A DNA stretch of 62,741 nt, taken from a virus (lineage: Duplodnaviria; Caudoviricetes). Below are positions 27,528 through 38,100 of this stretch, piece after piece. Below the pieces are notes generated by a model. That model did no database searches. It was not told where the DNA came from and saw nothing but the letters and a program-made list of their open reading frames with translations. Position 1 is the first letter of the stretch; the number at the start of each line of letters is the position of its first letter. The DNA lies in the IMG/VR virus record IMGVR_UViG_3300036773_000072, positions 1 through 62,741 of that record, one strand, 5' to 3'. The position numbers and the translations under genes were made by a program.

Positions 27528-30185
27528 GTGGCTACCGTCATCGGTGAAGCCTCGATCCGGATCACCGCGAACCTCACGGGCGTCAAGCAGAAGATCAACC
27601 AGGATCTGAACGACGCGCTCAAGGGCGTCAGCGTCGGCTCGTCCTCCGACCCGCTCGCCGGGCTGTCCTCGAACGTGGAGGCCAGCGCGCAGCAGCTCTC
27701 GTCCGCGCTGGAGAAGCAGCGCGCGGCTACCGACGACCTCACGGCGGCCGAGACCCGCTACGCCACGGTGACCCGCTCCACCCTGTTCTCCAGCAAGCAG
27801 CGGCTGAAGGCCGAGACCGACCTGACGGCGGCACAGCAGCGGGCCAAGATCGCTGACGACTCCGTCACGGCGGCCACGAAGGCGCACACGCAGGCCACCG
27901 CCGACGTGACGAAGGCAACCGAGGCCAGCAAGAAGGCTGAAGACGATCTCGCCGCGTCACAGAACAAGCACGGCAACATCCTGACCGGACTCACCGCGAA
28001 GCTGTCTGGCCTGTTCAACAAGTTCAGTCTCGGCAAGAAGACGGTGACCGACTCCACGAAGGCCACCAACGCCGCCACGAGTTCGCTGAACAACCTGACC
28101 GGCAGTGCGGACAAGGCGGCTCGGTCGCTGGGCAACATGGTTACCCAGTTCGGCAACGCCGGACCGGTCGCGGCCAAGCTGAAATCCACGGTGGGCCTGA
28201 TGTCCGCCGGCATCGTCGCGGCGACCGGTCCGGCCATCGGTGCGATCGGACTGGCACTGCCGCTGGCGTTCATCGGGCTGGGCATCGCTGCGGAGAAGGG
28301 CAACGCCAAGGTAGCCGCGTCTTTCACCAACCTGGGCAACACGGTCAAGTCGACCATGACGAAGGCGTTCGCGCCGATCGTGCCCGCGCTGGTCGGCGTG
28401 GCGAACCTGTGGAGCAAGACGGTATCCGGGCTGGCGCCCGCGTTCCACACAGCGGCCGTCGCGATCGGCCCGATGATCACCCAGCTAGGCCAGGGGTTCG
28501 CGACCTTCGCCACGACTCTGGTGCCGGCGCTGGCGAACGCGCTGAAGGGTCTCGACTCGATCGTGCAGGCGCTGGCCAACGGGCTCAAGCCGCTCGCGCA
28601 GGGTATCGCCGGGCTGTTCCAAAACCTGAACGTCGGCGCCGCCGCGCAGGGACTGACGGCGATCTTCAACGCGGTCGGTCAGATCCTGCCGGTACTGGGC
28701 AAACTGCTGTCCGCCCTGGCGCCGCTGGGCAACGCCATCCTCCAGTCGGTGCTGCCGCCGCTGACGCAGTTGATCAGCCAGTTCGTCAGCATCCTGATCC
28801 CAGTGATCACGTCGCTCACACCGCTCGTCGCTCCGTTGGTGAGCGTGTTCGTGACGCTGGCGCAGACGTTCCTCGCCCTCGTGTCGGCCGCCGCGCCGTT
28901 GATCGCGCCGATCGTGCAGATCGTCACGGCAATGCTGTCGATGAACACCGTGCTGGAATCCCTCCAGCCGATCTTTGCCGCCCTGGCGTCCGTGGTGAAG
29001 TCCGTCCTGCCGATCCTGCTCGCACTCGCGAACCTGATCGCGAACACGGTCAGCACGGCTATGACCAGCCTGTTCAAAGCAATCACGCCGATCCTGCCGA
29101 TCATCGGTCAGGTCGTGCAGATCATCGGCAAGTCGCTGCTGTCTGTGCTGACCACGCTCGCCCCGGTGATCACCACGATCGTCAAGCTGTTCGGCCAGGT
29201 GCTGACCGCCGTCGCGCCGGTCCTGCCGCCGCTGGCACAACTGGCGGGCGCCGTACTGGGCGCGCTGGCCCAGATCCTCGTGGCCCTGCTGCCGCTGCTC
29301 ACGCCGATCATCAACGCCTTCATCCAGATCATCCCGGCGATCCTGCCGATCATCCCGGTGATCACCCAGCTCGTCGGCGTGATCTCGGGCATCCTGATCC
29401 CGATCATCAACGCCCTGCTGCCGCTGGTCACGGCCGTGTTCGGCTCGATCGCGAAGATCATCGGAGATGCCCTCAACATCGTCAAGGGCATCCTGATGGT
29501 GTTCGCAGGGATCTTCACCGGCAACTGGCGCGAGCTGGGCCACGGACTCCAGTCGATCGCGTCGGGCGCCTGGAACTTGATCAAGGATATCTTCACCGGA
29601 GCCCTGCGCGCGATCGGTGACGCGGTCGTGGCCGGGCTCAACATCATCCGTGACATCTTCCAAGGGCTGTACGGCAAGGTGGTCGGCGCTATCGGTGACG
29701 CCGCCAAGTGGCTCTACAACATCGGCCGCGACATCATCAACGGCCTGGTCAACGGCCTGAAGTCTGCTTTCAACTCGGCACTGAACTTCGTCAAGTCCAT
29801 CGGCTCGTCCATCGGTGGCGCGTTCAAGTCGGTCCTGGGCATCGGCTCGCCTTCGCGGATCTTCCACGGGTTCGGGCAGAACATCATGCAGGGCCTGACC
29901 AACGGGCTGATCGCCGCGACCGCGCCCGTACTGGCGCGCGTGAAGGGCATCGCCGGCAAGGTGGCTGGTGCCTTCTCCACGACTGTCGACACGTCCGCGC
30001 TCGTGCCGGGCGCGTCGGCGCCGCCGGGCGGCGCAGCTTCTGGAGCTGCCGGCAACGCGCCCAGCGCCAAGGATCTCCACGACGCCGTGGTGTCGGCCAT
30101 CTCCGGCTGGCAGGTCACGCTGTCCGCCACGCAGGCCGCCACCGAGATCAACCGTGTGAACAAGAAGGCGGGTGCGAACCGGTGA
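27528..30185 (+). CDS. Tape measure protein
   Basis: 885 aa; MATVIGEASIRITA start, amphipathic repeats, LGIGSPSR. Confidence 0.92.
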   Translation: MATVIGEASIRITANLTGVKQKINQDLNDALKGVSVGSSSDPLAGLSSNVEASAQQLSSALEKQRAATDDLTAAETRYATVTRSTLFSSKQRLKAETDLTAAQQRAKIADDSVTAATKAHTQATADVTKATEASKKAEDDLAASQNKHGNILTGLTAKLSGLFNKFSLGKKTVTDSTKATNAATSSLNNLTGSADKAARSLGNMVTQFGNAGPVAAKLKSTVGLMSAGIVAATGPAIGAIGLALPLAFIGLGIAAEKGNAKVAASFTNLGNTVKSTMTKAFAPIVPALVGVANLWSKTVSGLAPAFHTAAVAIGPMITQLGQGFATFATTLVPALANALKGLDSIVQALANGLKPLAQGIAGLFQNLNVGAAAQGLTAIFNAVGQILPVLGKLLSALAPLGNAILQSVLPPLTQLISQFVSILIPVITSLTPLVAPLVSVFVTLAQTFLALVSAAAPLIAPIVQIVTAMLSMNTVLESLQPIFAALASVVKSVLPILLALANLIANTVSTAMTSLFKAITPILPIIGQVVQIIGKSLLSVLTTLAPVITTIVKLFGQVLTAVAPVLPPLAQLAGAVLGALAQILVALLPLLTPIINAFIQIIPAILPIIPVITQLVGVISGILIPIINALLPLVTAVFGSIAKIIGDALNIVKGILMVFAGIFTGNWRELGHGLQSIASGAWNLIKDIFTGALRAIGDAVVAGLNIIRDIFQGLYGKVVGAIGDAAKWLYNIGRDIINGLVNGLKSAFNSALNFVKSIGSSIGGAFKSVLGIGSPSRIFHGFGQNIMQGLTNGLIAATAPVLARVKGIAGKVAGAFSTTVDTSALVPGASAPPGGAASGAAGNAPSAKDLHDAVVSAISGWQVTLSATQAATEINRVNKKAGANR

Positions 30186-31030
30186 GCGTGTTCTACCTCG
30201 GTCCGGCTGGCCGGCTGTTGTCCGTGCAGGTTCCGCTGGAGGGATTCGACAACCCGAGCAGCGCGCTGGGGGTCCTGCACACCGCGCTGTCCGGCACGCA
30301 GACCAAGGATGTGTTCGGGTACAAGCGGACCTACACCGTGCCGCTGGACGCGCTGGAGCCTCGGGCCTGGTCCTGGTTCGAAATGCTGTTCCGGGGAGCG
30401 CTCACGCCGCCGTACTACCTGCTGGACCCGCGTCGCCGCAATCGGCTGGGTGCGGCCGTATCCACGACGCTGTCCACGGTCACGCGGGCCACCGTGTTCA
30501 CTCCGTCCGCCGGTAGCTCGGTGACCGCCGGAGTGAGTGCGGTGACCCTGCTGCCAGCGGTGGGCGGCTACGTCGCGCAGGCTCCGTCATCGGAGATCGC
30601 GTGGCTGGTCACCACGCCGCCGTCCACGCTGATCGGGGAAGTGAGCCCGCTGCCGTGCCTGCCGGGCGAGACGCTGTGCTTCTCCGCCTACGTGCGAGTA
30701 GGTGCCCCCACCCTGGAGATCGTGCCGTACAACGCAGCCCTGGTGGCCCAGCCGCCGGTCACCGGAACCACGGTGGTGGCCGGCTCGCCCAGCCGCTCGT
30801 ACGTCACCTACACCGTGCCCAGCTCGGGCATCGTGGCTGTTCGTCCGCAGCTTCGCGCCACGGCGGTCGGTCCCGTCAACGCACTGGCGTGGCAACTGTC
30901 GGACAACACCGTGCCCGAGCCGTGGGTGATGGGTGACGGCGTGCCGAAGGTGCTGGTGGATCAGCAGGGAGGCCACGCTGAGTACCTGAACCGGTACACC
31001 TCAGGCTCGTTCGTCCTCCAGGAGGTGTGA
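30182..31030 (+). CDS. Minor tail protein (distal-tail-like)
   Basis: Follows tape measure by GTGA overlap; PYYLLDP. Confidence 0.7.
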   Translation: MSVFYLGPAGRLLSVQVPLEGFDNPSSALGVLHTALSGTQTKDVFGYKRTYTVPLDALEPRAWSWFEMLFRGALTPPYYLLDPRRRNRLGAAVSTTLSTVTRATVFTPSAGSSVTAGVSAVTLLPAVGGYVAQAPSSEIAWLVTTPPSTLIGEVSPLPCLPGETLCFSAYVRVGAPTLEIVPYNAALVAQPPVTGTTVVAGSPSRSYVTYTVPSSGIVAVRPQLRATAVGPVNALAWQLSDNTVPEPWVMGDGVPKVLVDQQGGHAEYLNRYTSGSFVLQEV

Positions 31031-33549
31031 TGCAGCTCGCCGGCAACGCCGCGCTCGCCGCCGCGCTGGCGGTGGGACAGCAGCGCGACTTCTCGATCAG
31101 CCTGATGGTCGACTGGGACCGCAACGGCCTGTACGCCAATGCCAACTCGGACATGTCGGCTGTGTACGAGTCCGGCGTGATCGACCGGCAGTTAACCGGC
31201 AGTTTTCCATCCGCCGTGGAGATCACCGAGGGATACGCGGCTGCGGAGCTGGACATCACGGTGTCCGGGAACCTGTCGGACGGCACGCCCGTGTGGCGGG
31301 CATTCAGCCCGTACTCCGGCTACCCGCTGGGCTCGGTCGGCATCGGCGGCACGCCGATGCGCCTGGACCTGATCGTGACGACAAGCCTGGGGCCGGTGAC
31401 GATTCGGCAGTTCACTGGCTACGTGTTCGACGCGCTGCCCAGCCGGGCCAACGGCAACGTCGTGATCACCTGCTATGACGCCGGGTTCATCCTGGCCGCG
31501 CTGATCACCCTGTTCACCTGGGCCGTGGACGGGTTCACCCGGACCCAGTTGACCTCCAACCCGGACACGCCTGACTCGGGCACGGTCGCGCTGGGCTGGG
31601 TGGTCGAGAACGTGTTGCGGCGCAACGGGTTCTATCAGGGGCCACCGTGGCATCCCAACGCGGTGTGCGCCTGGACGCTGAACGGCTCCGCGCTGCCCGA
31701 GATCGGCTGCATCTCGATTGAGGACAGGTTCGTCAACGGGGTCTGGTCCTTCGGATACGGCGAGTTCAACGTGCCGCAGTTCACGCCGTCCGGGCAGGTG
31801 TCTGATGTGTACGGGCCGGGCCAGTTCGGCGCCACCTGCTTCAAGGGAGCCACCAAGCTGCCGGCGCTGACGGGCCGAGGCGTCACCTACCTGTACGGCA
31901 ATGCGCACGCCTTCTGGAACCAGCAGTTCGTGTTCAGCGTGAACGGCTACGGCTCGAACAACTCCAACCTGCTGGGGTTCGGCTGCTGGGTGCAGATCGA
32001 TCCGACGCAGACCAGCTCGAACAGCAGCATCGCCTGCTGGCTGGAGGAAGCGCACTACAACTACAGCAGCAGCGACCAGCATCCCGCCTATGCCATCATG
32101 TCGATCAACCAGTCGGCCGGCGCGGTCTCCGCGCAGGTGTTCAACGAGGGCGGCACGACCACCTGGACCTACACCGCGACCGGCTCCCTGGCCGCCGGCT
32201 GGCACTACGTCAATTTCGTGCTGTCCTTCGCCTCCACCGGCATCACAGGCCAATTCATCATGGACGGCGTGGCGCAGGCGACCGGGACCGGCGGGCACGC
32301 CGGCACGCCGATCGGCGCCTTCACCTACTCCAACGACAACGCCGTGACCAACCTGTGCCAGGTCATCGCCCGTGGACCGATGCAGTACGCGCAGGTGTAT
32401 CTCCAGCTCAACACCGCGCTGGCCAGCCATGTGCAGCCGCCACGCACGCAGGCCAGTCCAACCGCTGCCGTGGACCAGTGCTTGACCCGGCTGACGTGGC
32501 TGCCCGACGTGAACCAGTTGGCGTCGTGGGACGTACTGAAGGCGGCCATCTCGGCTGAGCTGGGCGCGCTGTACGTCACCGAGGCCGGCGTAGTCACGTT
32601 CGACTCGCGGACCACGGTGGCCGCCCGGCAGACGGCGGGCGCTTCTGTCCTGGATCTGACCATTGATCAGGTCATGGACATTTCCCCACAGTCCGTGGCG
32701 TCCTCGCTGGTCAACACGATGGCGTACACGACACACGCGCAGCACGCCGCCTACCAATCGATCATCTTCGCCACGACCACGTCCCTCCAGTACCAGGTGC
32801 CGGCCGCGAGCTTGCAGACTTGGGGCATAGCGCTGTCGGGCGTGCAGTCCATCCGGCACGGCTCGCTGGGCTGGCACCCGCAGGCGCAGGGCTACTCCAA
32901 CCCGTCCGCTCCGACCGAGCCCGGTGGCGCCGGACCTTCGGGCGGCTTCACCTACCGGGACTGGATGAACATCTACGGTCCCGCGTTCTGGTACCAGGGG
33001 TTCACCGCGTACTCGCCCGGCGCGAGCACACCCGAGGCGCAGCCGGCTGCGGCCACCGGCCTGAACGGCTCCCCGATGGTCGGGCTGCTGGCCACCGATC
33101 AGGACAGCCGCAACATGCGGTTGTCCCTGTCCAACGGCAACGCCTCCGGCGGTGTGCTGGTGTACGCGGTGAACGACGCCACGCCGTTCCTGCATGTGGG
33201 CGGCACGGTCCTGGTGGATGACGGCTCCGTCACCAGCAGCTACTTTGACCTGACCTCGGTGGGCACCTACGGCACGCGGGCGCTGGACTTCCCTGCCTCG
33301 GACTGGGTGCAGGACCCGATTTCCGTGGGCAACGTGGTGGTCTCGATCGTCAACTACACCCGCAACCCGCACCCGTACTTCCAAAGTATGGACATCGTGG
33401 GAGATCCGCGCCTTCAGCTTCAGGACGTGGTGACGGTGCGAGACCCGAGCGGGATGGGCACCGCGATGCCGGCCAGCGTGTACGGCATCAATCGTAAGAT
33501 CAGCCTGAGCGACGGGGTCAAGGACACCTTGACCCTGCGGACCTTCTAG
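31030..33549 (+). CDS. Large minor tail/baseplate hub protein with LamG-like region
   Basis: VDWDRNG…GWHYV…GDPRLQLQDVV. Confidence 0.75.
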   Translation: MQLAGNAALAAALAVGQQRDFSISLMVDWDRNGLYANANSDMSAVYESGVIDRQLTGSFPSAVEITEGYAAAELDITVSGNLSDGTPVWRAFSPYSGYPLGSVGIGGTPMRLDLIVTTSLGPVTIRQFTGYVFDALPSRANGNVVITCYDAGFILAALITLFTWAVDGFTRTQLTSNPDTPDSGTVALGWVVENVLRRNGFYQGPPWHPNAVCAWTLNGSALPEIGCISIEDRFVNGVWSFGYGEFNVPQFTPSGQVSDVYGPGQFGATCFKGATKLPALTGRGVTYLYGNAHAFWNQQFVFSVNGYGSNNSNLLGFGCWVQIDPTQTSSNSSIACWLEEAHYNYSSSDQHPAYAIMSINQSAGAVSAQVFNEGGTTTWTYTATGSLAAGWHYVNFVLSFASTGITGQFIMDGVAQATGTGGHAGTPIGAFTYSNDNAVTNLCQVIARGPMQYAQVYLQLNTALASHVQPPRTQASPTAAVDQCLTRLTWLPDVNQLASWDVLKAAISAELGALYVTEAGVVTFDSRTTVAARQTAGASVLDLTIDQVMDISPQSVASSLVNTMAYTTHAQHAAYQSIIFATTTSLQYQVPAASLQTWGIALSGVQSIRHGSLGWHPQAQGYSNPSAPTEPGGAGPSGGFTYRDWMNIYGPAFWYQGFTAYSPGASTPEAQPAAATGLNGSPMVGLLATDQDSRNMRLSLSNGNASGGVLVYAVNDATPFLHVGGTVLVDDGSVTSSYFDLTSVGTYGTRALDFPASDWVQDPISVGNVVVSIVNYTRNPHPYFQSMDIVGDPRLQLQDVVTVRDPSGMGTAMPASVYGINRKISLSDGVKDTLTLRTF

Positions 33550-33552
33550 GAG

Positions 33553-33903
33553 ATGACCATGGCGCAGCACACCGCTACCGCCGGACCGATCGACCCCTAC
33601 GCCATCAGCCTGATCCGAACCGTCGTGCCGGTGGTCTGGGGTCACGCCATCGCATGGCTGGTCTCCCTGGGCATCCCCACGTCCCTGCTGGACAGCTCTC
33701 GCGCAATCGTCGTGGAGGCGCTGGCCGCCGTGCTCACCGCAGGCTGGTACGCGCTGTGGCGCTGGATCGAGCTGAAGCTGCCGGCCGAGGCGAACATCAT
33801 CGCTCGGGTTGCCTCGGTCATCGCGCTGGGTCACCCGGCCAAGCCGGTCTACGTGGCCACTGTCGCCGCAGCGCACTCGCTGGTCACTGGCCCTACCGGG
33901 TAG
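33553..33903 (+). CDS. Holin-like membrane protein
   Basis: SLIRTVVPVVWG…WYALWRWIE…LG…P.Y actinophage holin pattern. Confidence 0.7.
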   Translation: MTMAQHTATAGPIDPYAISLIRTVVPVVWGHAIAWLVSLGIPTSLLDSSRAIVVEALAAVLTAGWYALWRWIELKLPAEANIIARVASVIALGHPAKPVYVATVAAAHSLVTGPTG

Positions 33904-33942
33904 CCTGGGTATTCGCCGGTCTCGGTGACGGTGATCTCCTGT

Positions 33943-34350
33943 TCAGGCTCTGGCCCTGTCCGGCTCGGCACCGGGTGGGGCCAGAGCCGTCATCGGCCGA
34001 TACGAGCCGTTCGGGAGCAGAAACGCCCACTGTCGGCTGAACAGCCACACGGGCTCCAACCGAGGACTGCCCCACCACGGCACGAGGTAGCCACGGATCT
34101 CCGACCAGGCCACGTCCAGGTGGATCGAGGGCCGACCGAGGTTGTGCTGCTGGTGGCGCACCGCCATCAGGTTGGACAGGCTGTGCACGTCGGGCAGGCT
34201 CGTCCCGCCCATCCCCTTCTTGCGCCTGTGGTGTACGGCCCAGCTCTCGCCCAGTGGTAGTCCGCTGACCTCGCAGTGGCCGGCGGAGCGCACCAGCAGC
34301 CTGTCGCGGATGACGCTCCAGTTCGCGGTTGCGGTCACGTCGCTCTCCAT
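33943..34350 (-). CDS. HNH endonuclease
   Basis: GHCEVSG…HHRRKKGMGG…SNL…HN…IH. Confidence 0.75.
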   Translation of the reverse strand: MESDVTATANWSVIRDRLLVRSAGHCEVSGLPLGESWAVHHRRKKGMGGTSLPDVHSLSNLMAVRHQQHNLGRPSIHLDVAWSEIRGYLVPWWGSPRLEPVWLFSRQWAFLLPNGSYRPMTALAPPGAEPDRARA

Positions 34351-34354
34351 CCCA

Positions 34355-34384
34355 TTGTGCCCCGCGTAGTGTACGGGGTAACAT
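34355..34384 (+). promoter_or_regulatory. Repeated promoter/operator, copy 5
   Basis: TTGTGC-N18-TAACAT; ATG at 34392. Confidence 0.8.
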
Positions 34385-34391
34385 CGCCCGT

Positions 34392-34838
34392 ATGACGAAC
34401 CGAACCACCACCGAGACGGGAGCCGTGCTGGCGAACCTCGCCACTGCGTACTCCCGGCAAGCCATGCCGGTGGGTGTTGGGGAGGCTGAAACCGACGAGG
34501 CGATGAAGCAGGCCGAAGTGGACCTGCTGATCACCACCGAGGTCTATGAGGCAGCGATGACGCGAGCCAACCGACAGGGCCAGCGCGTCGCAGCGGTGGC
34601 TCGTGCGGTGCTGTTCACCGCTGCCGCTGCGGCCAACCCCGACCCCGCGTACCGCAGTGAGATCACCCGACCTCCGCTGCGGGAGTACAGGAGTCCAGAC
34701 GAGCGGACGCGGCTGAGGTTCAAGCTGCCGCGCCCGGATTACGTTGCGGCCCGCCGAGCCCTGATGCAGTCCGGTACGTCCGTTTCTCAGGCAGTCGAGG
34801 ACGGCCTGGCGATCTACGCCAGGACCGGGAGTCTGTAG
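34392..34838 (+). CDS. Putative tandem ribbon-helix-helix DNA-binding protein
   Basis: Two strand-helix-G-helix units (VDLLITTEVYEAAM…GQRVAAVAR; LRFKLPRPDYVAA…GTSVSQAVE). Confidence 0.55.
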   Translation: MTNRTTTETGAVLANLATAYSRQAMPVGVGEAETDEAMKQAEVDLLITTEVYEAAMTRANRQGQRVAAVARAVLFTAAAAANPDPAYRSEITRPPLREYRSPDERTRLRFKLPRPDYVAARRALMQSGTSVSQAVEDGLAIYARTGSL

Positions 34839-34852
34839 AACAGGAGATCATC

Positions 34853-35743
34853 GTGACCGAGACCGCACCGGTCCCGGCCGTCTACGCGGCCGTGATCAGC
34901 GTGATGAACGCCGTGACGAACGTGCCCAAACGGGGCGAGGGTCCGGCCAACCAGGGCCGGTACGCCTACCGCAAGCTGGACGACGCGGTGGACGCGATCG
35001 GTGCCGCGTTCCGCGAGTCGCTGCTGATGTTGCAGTCGACCGTGAAGGCGGTCGCCTACGACACGTACGAGTCCGAAGGCCGCAACGGCGTCTCCACGTG
35101 GAGCCGCTGCACCCTGACGATGCAGTACCGCTTCACTAGCCTGATCGATGGCTCGATGCTGGAGTTCGAGGCCATCGGTCAGGGCCTGGACAACTCGGAC
35201 AAGTCCAGCAACAAGGCCATGTCCGGCGCACTCAAGTACGCCCTGAGCCAGGCGTTCATGCTGGCGACCGGTGACCCGGACCCGGACGCGGACAGCCCGC
35301 AGGTGCCCGGCCGGACCGTGCCGCGACCGGACGGCGAGACCGACGCGCAGCGCGTCCTGCGGGAGCGTCGCGAACAGGCCGCCGGTCCTGCCGCTGTCGA
35401 GCCGGAGCCGGCAACCCCAGCCGAGACCCCAGCCACGCCGCCGGCACCCGCTACGGCGCCGCAGGAGGCGATCCTGGCCCAGATGGAGCGGGACGCCACG
35501 GTGTCACTGACCGAGGCCGCCAAGGAGTCGACGCAGGCTGAGTCCAGCGGCGAGACGATCAAGCTCCAGTCCCGCCAGATCGAGCGCGCCCGCGCGGCGA
35601 TGAAGGCGGCCACCGGCATTGCCGACCGGTTCACCTTGAACCGGATCATCGTGCAGTCCCGCAAGGAAGGCTTCCTGGCCGCCACCATCGACGGCAAGAA
35701 CGTCGGGGCGATGCTGGCCGCAGCACGGGGGATGCTGTCGTGA
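34853..35743 (+). CDS. erf: ERF-family ssDNA-annealing protein
   Basis: YAYRKLDD…GQGLDNSDKSSNKAMSGALKYALSQAF…DPD. Confidence 0.85.
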   Translation: MTETAPVPAVYAAVISVMNAVTNVPKRGEGPANQGRYAYRKLDDAVDAIGAAFRESLLMLQSTVKAVAYDTYESEGRNGVSTWSRCTLTMQYRFTSLIDGSMLEFEAIGQGLDNSDKSSNKAMSGALKYALSQAFMLATGDPDPDADSPQVPGRTVPRPDGETDAQRVLRERREQAAGPAAVEPEPATPAETPATPPAPATAPQEAILAQMERDATVSLTEAAKESTQAESSGETIKLQSRQIERARAAMKAATGIADRFTLNRIIVQSRKEGFLAATIDGKNVGAMLAAARGMLS

Positions 35744-36468
35744 GCGCGAGGTCAGCCGAAGCGGCCATCCGGCAGTTCTGGCCGGATCACGCCACGTGCC
35801 TCGGGCAGCACGACCCGGTGGAGGACGTGACCGAGGGCATCGTGTGCCCCTGCGGCACGATCCTGGGTTTCCCGCAGGAGGACGAGCCCGATCCGGATGG
35901 CGGGCTGTTCGAGCAGCAGGGGCCGTCGCCGCAACGGGACGACCCGCCGTGGGACACCACGGACCAGACCGACCCGGCGGACTGGCCGGCGCAGGCGGCT
36001 GAGGATGCGGTCGTTGCCGAGCAGACGGCGGCCGTCTCGCCGGAGCCGCTGAAGTACGGCGCCGTGTCCTCGGTCGAGGCTGAGGACCCGATCACCAGCG
36101 CACTCGTGGTGATCGACCCGACGATGCCGTACGGGCCGGGCGAGCTGGAGGCGCAGTTGATCGATATCGCCGCGCGCCTGGAGCGTGGCGTGCACTTCCA
36201 ACGCGGGTGGGAGGAACAGAACTACCGCGACCGGCTCAAGTTCGAACTGGCCTACAACCAGTCGATCATGGAGTCGGACGAGTCCAGCGCGGACCGGCGC
36301 AAGGCCGGCGCCATCGTCGCGTGCAAGGAGTTGTTCGAGGCCAAGGCGCTCTCGGACATGATGGTGCGCGCCGTTCGGGAGACGATGCACAACCTGCGCA
36401 GCCTCCAGTCCGGCTACCAGACCATCAGCAACTCGATCAAGTCGACCACACAGTCCTACATCCGGTAG
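35740..36468 (+). CDS. Hypothetical protein with C-terminal coiled coil
   Basis: GTGA-coupled ORF in the recombination module. Confidence 0.65.
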   Translation: MSARSAEAAIRQFWPDHATCLGQHDPVEDVTEGIVCPCGTILGFPQEDEPDPDGGLFEQQGPSPQRDDPPWDTTDQTDPADWPAQAAEDAVVAEQTAAVSPEPLKYGAVSSVEAEDPITSALVVIDPTMPYGPGELEAQLIDIAARLERGVHFQRGWEEQNYRDRLKFELAYNQSIMESDESSADRRKAGAIVACKELFEAKALSDMMVRAVRETMHNLRSLQSGYQTISNSIKSTTQSYIR

Positions 36469-36771
36469 GGCGTGCAGTTATTCGCACCACGACGAAACAG
36501 GAGATGGACATGCCGACCGTTCGCGAGATCAAGAAGGACGGTGGACCGCAGCTCGTGGAGTACCTCGGTCCGCGCGACCTGAACACCCTGCGGCGCCTCG
36601 CCGCGTACCTGCACGACGGGTGCGAGTACGGCAAGGGCCGGAAGGTGGGCCTGATGGCTCGCCTCGGATTCGGGATCTTCGGATCGCTGGACAAGATCCT
36701 GCGCGAGAGCATCATGCCGGCCGTGGCCGAGCTTCCCGAGGACGCCCCGCACATTCGCGCGGCGGTGCGCG

Positions 36772-37257
36772 ATGGCCGGTGACACGATCGTCACGGTGAT
36801 CGGCAACCTCACCGCCGACCCGGACCTGAAGTTCACCCCGTCCGGCGCGGCCGTCGCCAACTTCACGGTCGCGTCCACGCCGCGCACGTTCGACAAGAAC
36901 AGCGGCCAGTGGAAGGACGGAGACGCACTGTTCATGCGCTGCACGGTCTGGCGGGACGTGGCCGAGCACGTGGCCGAGTCGCTGACCCGAGGTGCCCGCG
37001 TGATCGTGCAGGGCCGTCTTCAGCAGCGCTCGTTCGAGACGAAGGACGGCGAGAAGCGCACCGTGGTCGAGTTGCAGGTGGACGAGGTTGGCCCGTCGCT
37101 GCGCTACGCCACCGCGACGGTCAACCGTGCGGATCGGTCCGGCGGCACGCAGCGCAGTGCTCCGGCGTCACAGGAGCCACCAGCGGACCCGTGGGACCAG
37201 CCTGCCGCGTCGACCAGAGCCGGCGCGCAGGGCTTCCTGGATGAGCCGCCGTTCTAG
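36772..37257 (+). CDS. ssb: Single-stranded DNA-binding protein
   Basis: [26 protein letters not shown]…[10 protein letters not shown]…DEPPF. Confidence 0.97.
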   Translation: MAGDTIVTVIGNLTADPDLKFTPSGAAVANFTVASTPRTFDKNSGQWKDGDALFMRCTVWRDVAEHVAESLTRGARVIVQGRLQQRSFETKDGEKRTVVELQVDEVGPSLRYATATVNRADRSGGTQRSAPASQEPPADPWDQPAASTRAGAQGFLDEPPF

Positions 37258-37265
37258 ATCGACAC

Positions 37266-37306
37266 CGACGATGCCCCTGGCCCGACCTGGACCGGGGGCA
37301 TCGTCG
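37266..37306 (+). terminator. Hairpin after ssb
   Basis: CGACGATGCCCC / GGGGCATCGTCG. Confidence 0.7.
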
Positions 37307-37317
37307 CGTGTTGGGAC

Positions 37318-37347
37318 TTGTGCCCCGCGCAAACGGCGGGGTACCTT
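37318..37347 (+). promoter_or_regulatory. Repeated promoter/operator, copy 6
   Basis: TTGTGC-N18-TACCTT; ATG at 37354. Confidence 0.8.
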
Positions 37348-37353
37348 GTCTCT

Positions 37354-37740
37354 ATGACCAGCAACATCGACAAGGATCGAGAGCAAGCCGAGGCAGCGCA
37401 CATGGCGCAAGTAGAGGACCAGTGGACGGCTCGCGAAGATCTCGTCAAGGGACTGGCCCGCGTGCTCGGTAGTTACAACTTGCGAGTGGACGTGGTGCCC
37501 GACGTGTCCGACGAGGGCGAGCAGTGCACCGTGTGCCGACAGGTCGGCCGCCTCATTGCCGCCGAAGTGCACTACAGCTATTCGGACGAGCCGTTTGGGG
37601 AGCCTGACGAGGATGTCCAGCAGTGCTGCATGTGCTGCATGTGCTGCATCTTCCCGTTCATCGACTCCGTGCCGTGGCTCAACATCGCCAAGACGATCAC
37701 CGTGGAGGTGTCCCGTGGGGCAACCCATCGTCCCTTCTGA
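37354..37740 (+). CDS. Cys-rich hypothetical protein (leaderless)
   Basis: CxxC plus CCMCCMCC from a 9-bp tandem repeat. Confidence 0.65.
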   Translation: MTSNIDKDREQAEAAHMAQVEDQWTAREDLVKGLARVLGSYNLRVDVVPDVSDEGEQCTVCRQVGRLIAAEVHYSYSDEPFGEPDEDVQQCCMCCMCCIFPFIDSVPWLNIAKTITVEVSRGATHRPF

Positions 37741-38100
37741 AGACTCGCGTACCGCAGATATCCGGCGCGCACAGATCTCCCTGGACCAGTGGGCAGCATC
37801 GCTGGATGTCCTCGCGGTCGCCCTGCACGACGCCACCGAGCGCTACATGCAGGCCAAGGCGTGCCTGGTCAACGCCCAGGGCGGACCGGCCACCGTGACG
37901 GCGGGCAGCGACATGTACCGCTCGTCGCAGTTGGGCGTCCTGATGGCCAACGACATCATCTTCGGTCGCCCGCACGACGTGCGGATGGAGCTGTCCATGG
38001 CGCAGGAGCTGTGGGACAACCCGCAGGAGACCGACGACCCGGCGCTACTGGCCGGCTACCTGTCCACGCTGCGCGAGTACGTGGAACGGGGTGCGCACTG

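Noticed and set aside
2714-34855. Recurrent AACAGGAGATCATC / GGAGATCGACATG before start codons (2714, 34839, 6058, 6768)
   Set aside because: Adequately explained as Shine-Dalgarno plus similar spacers
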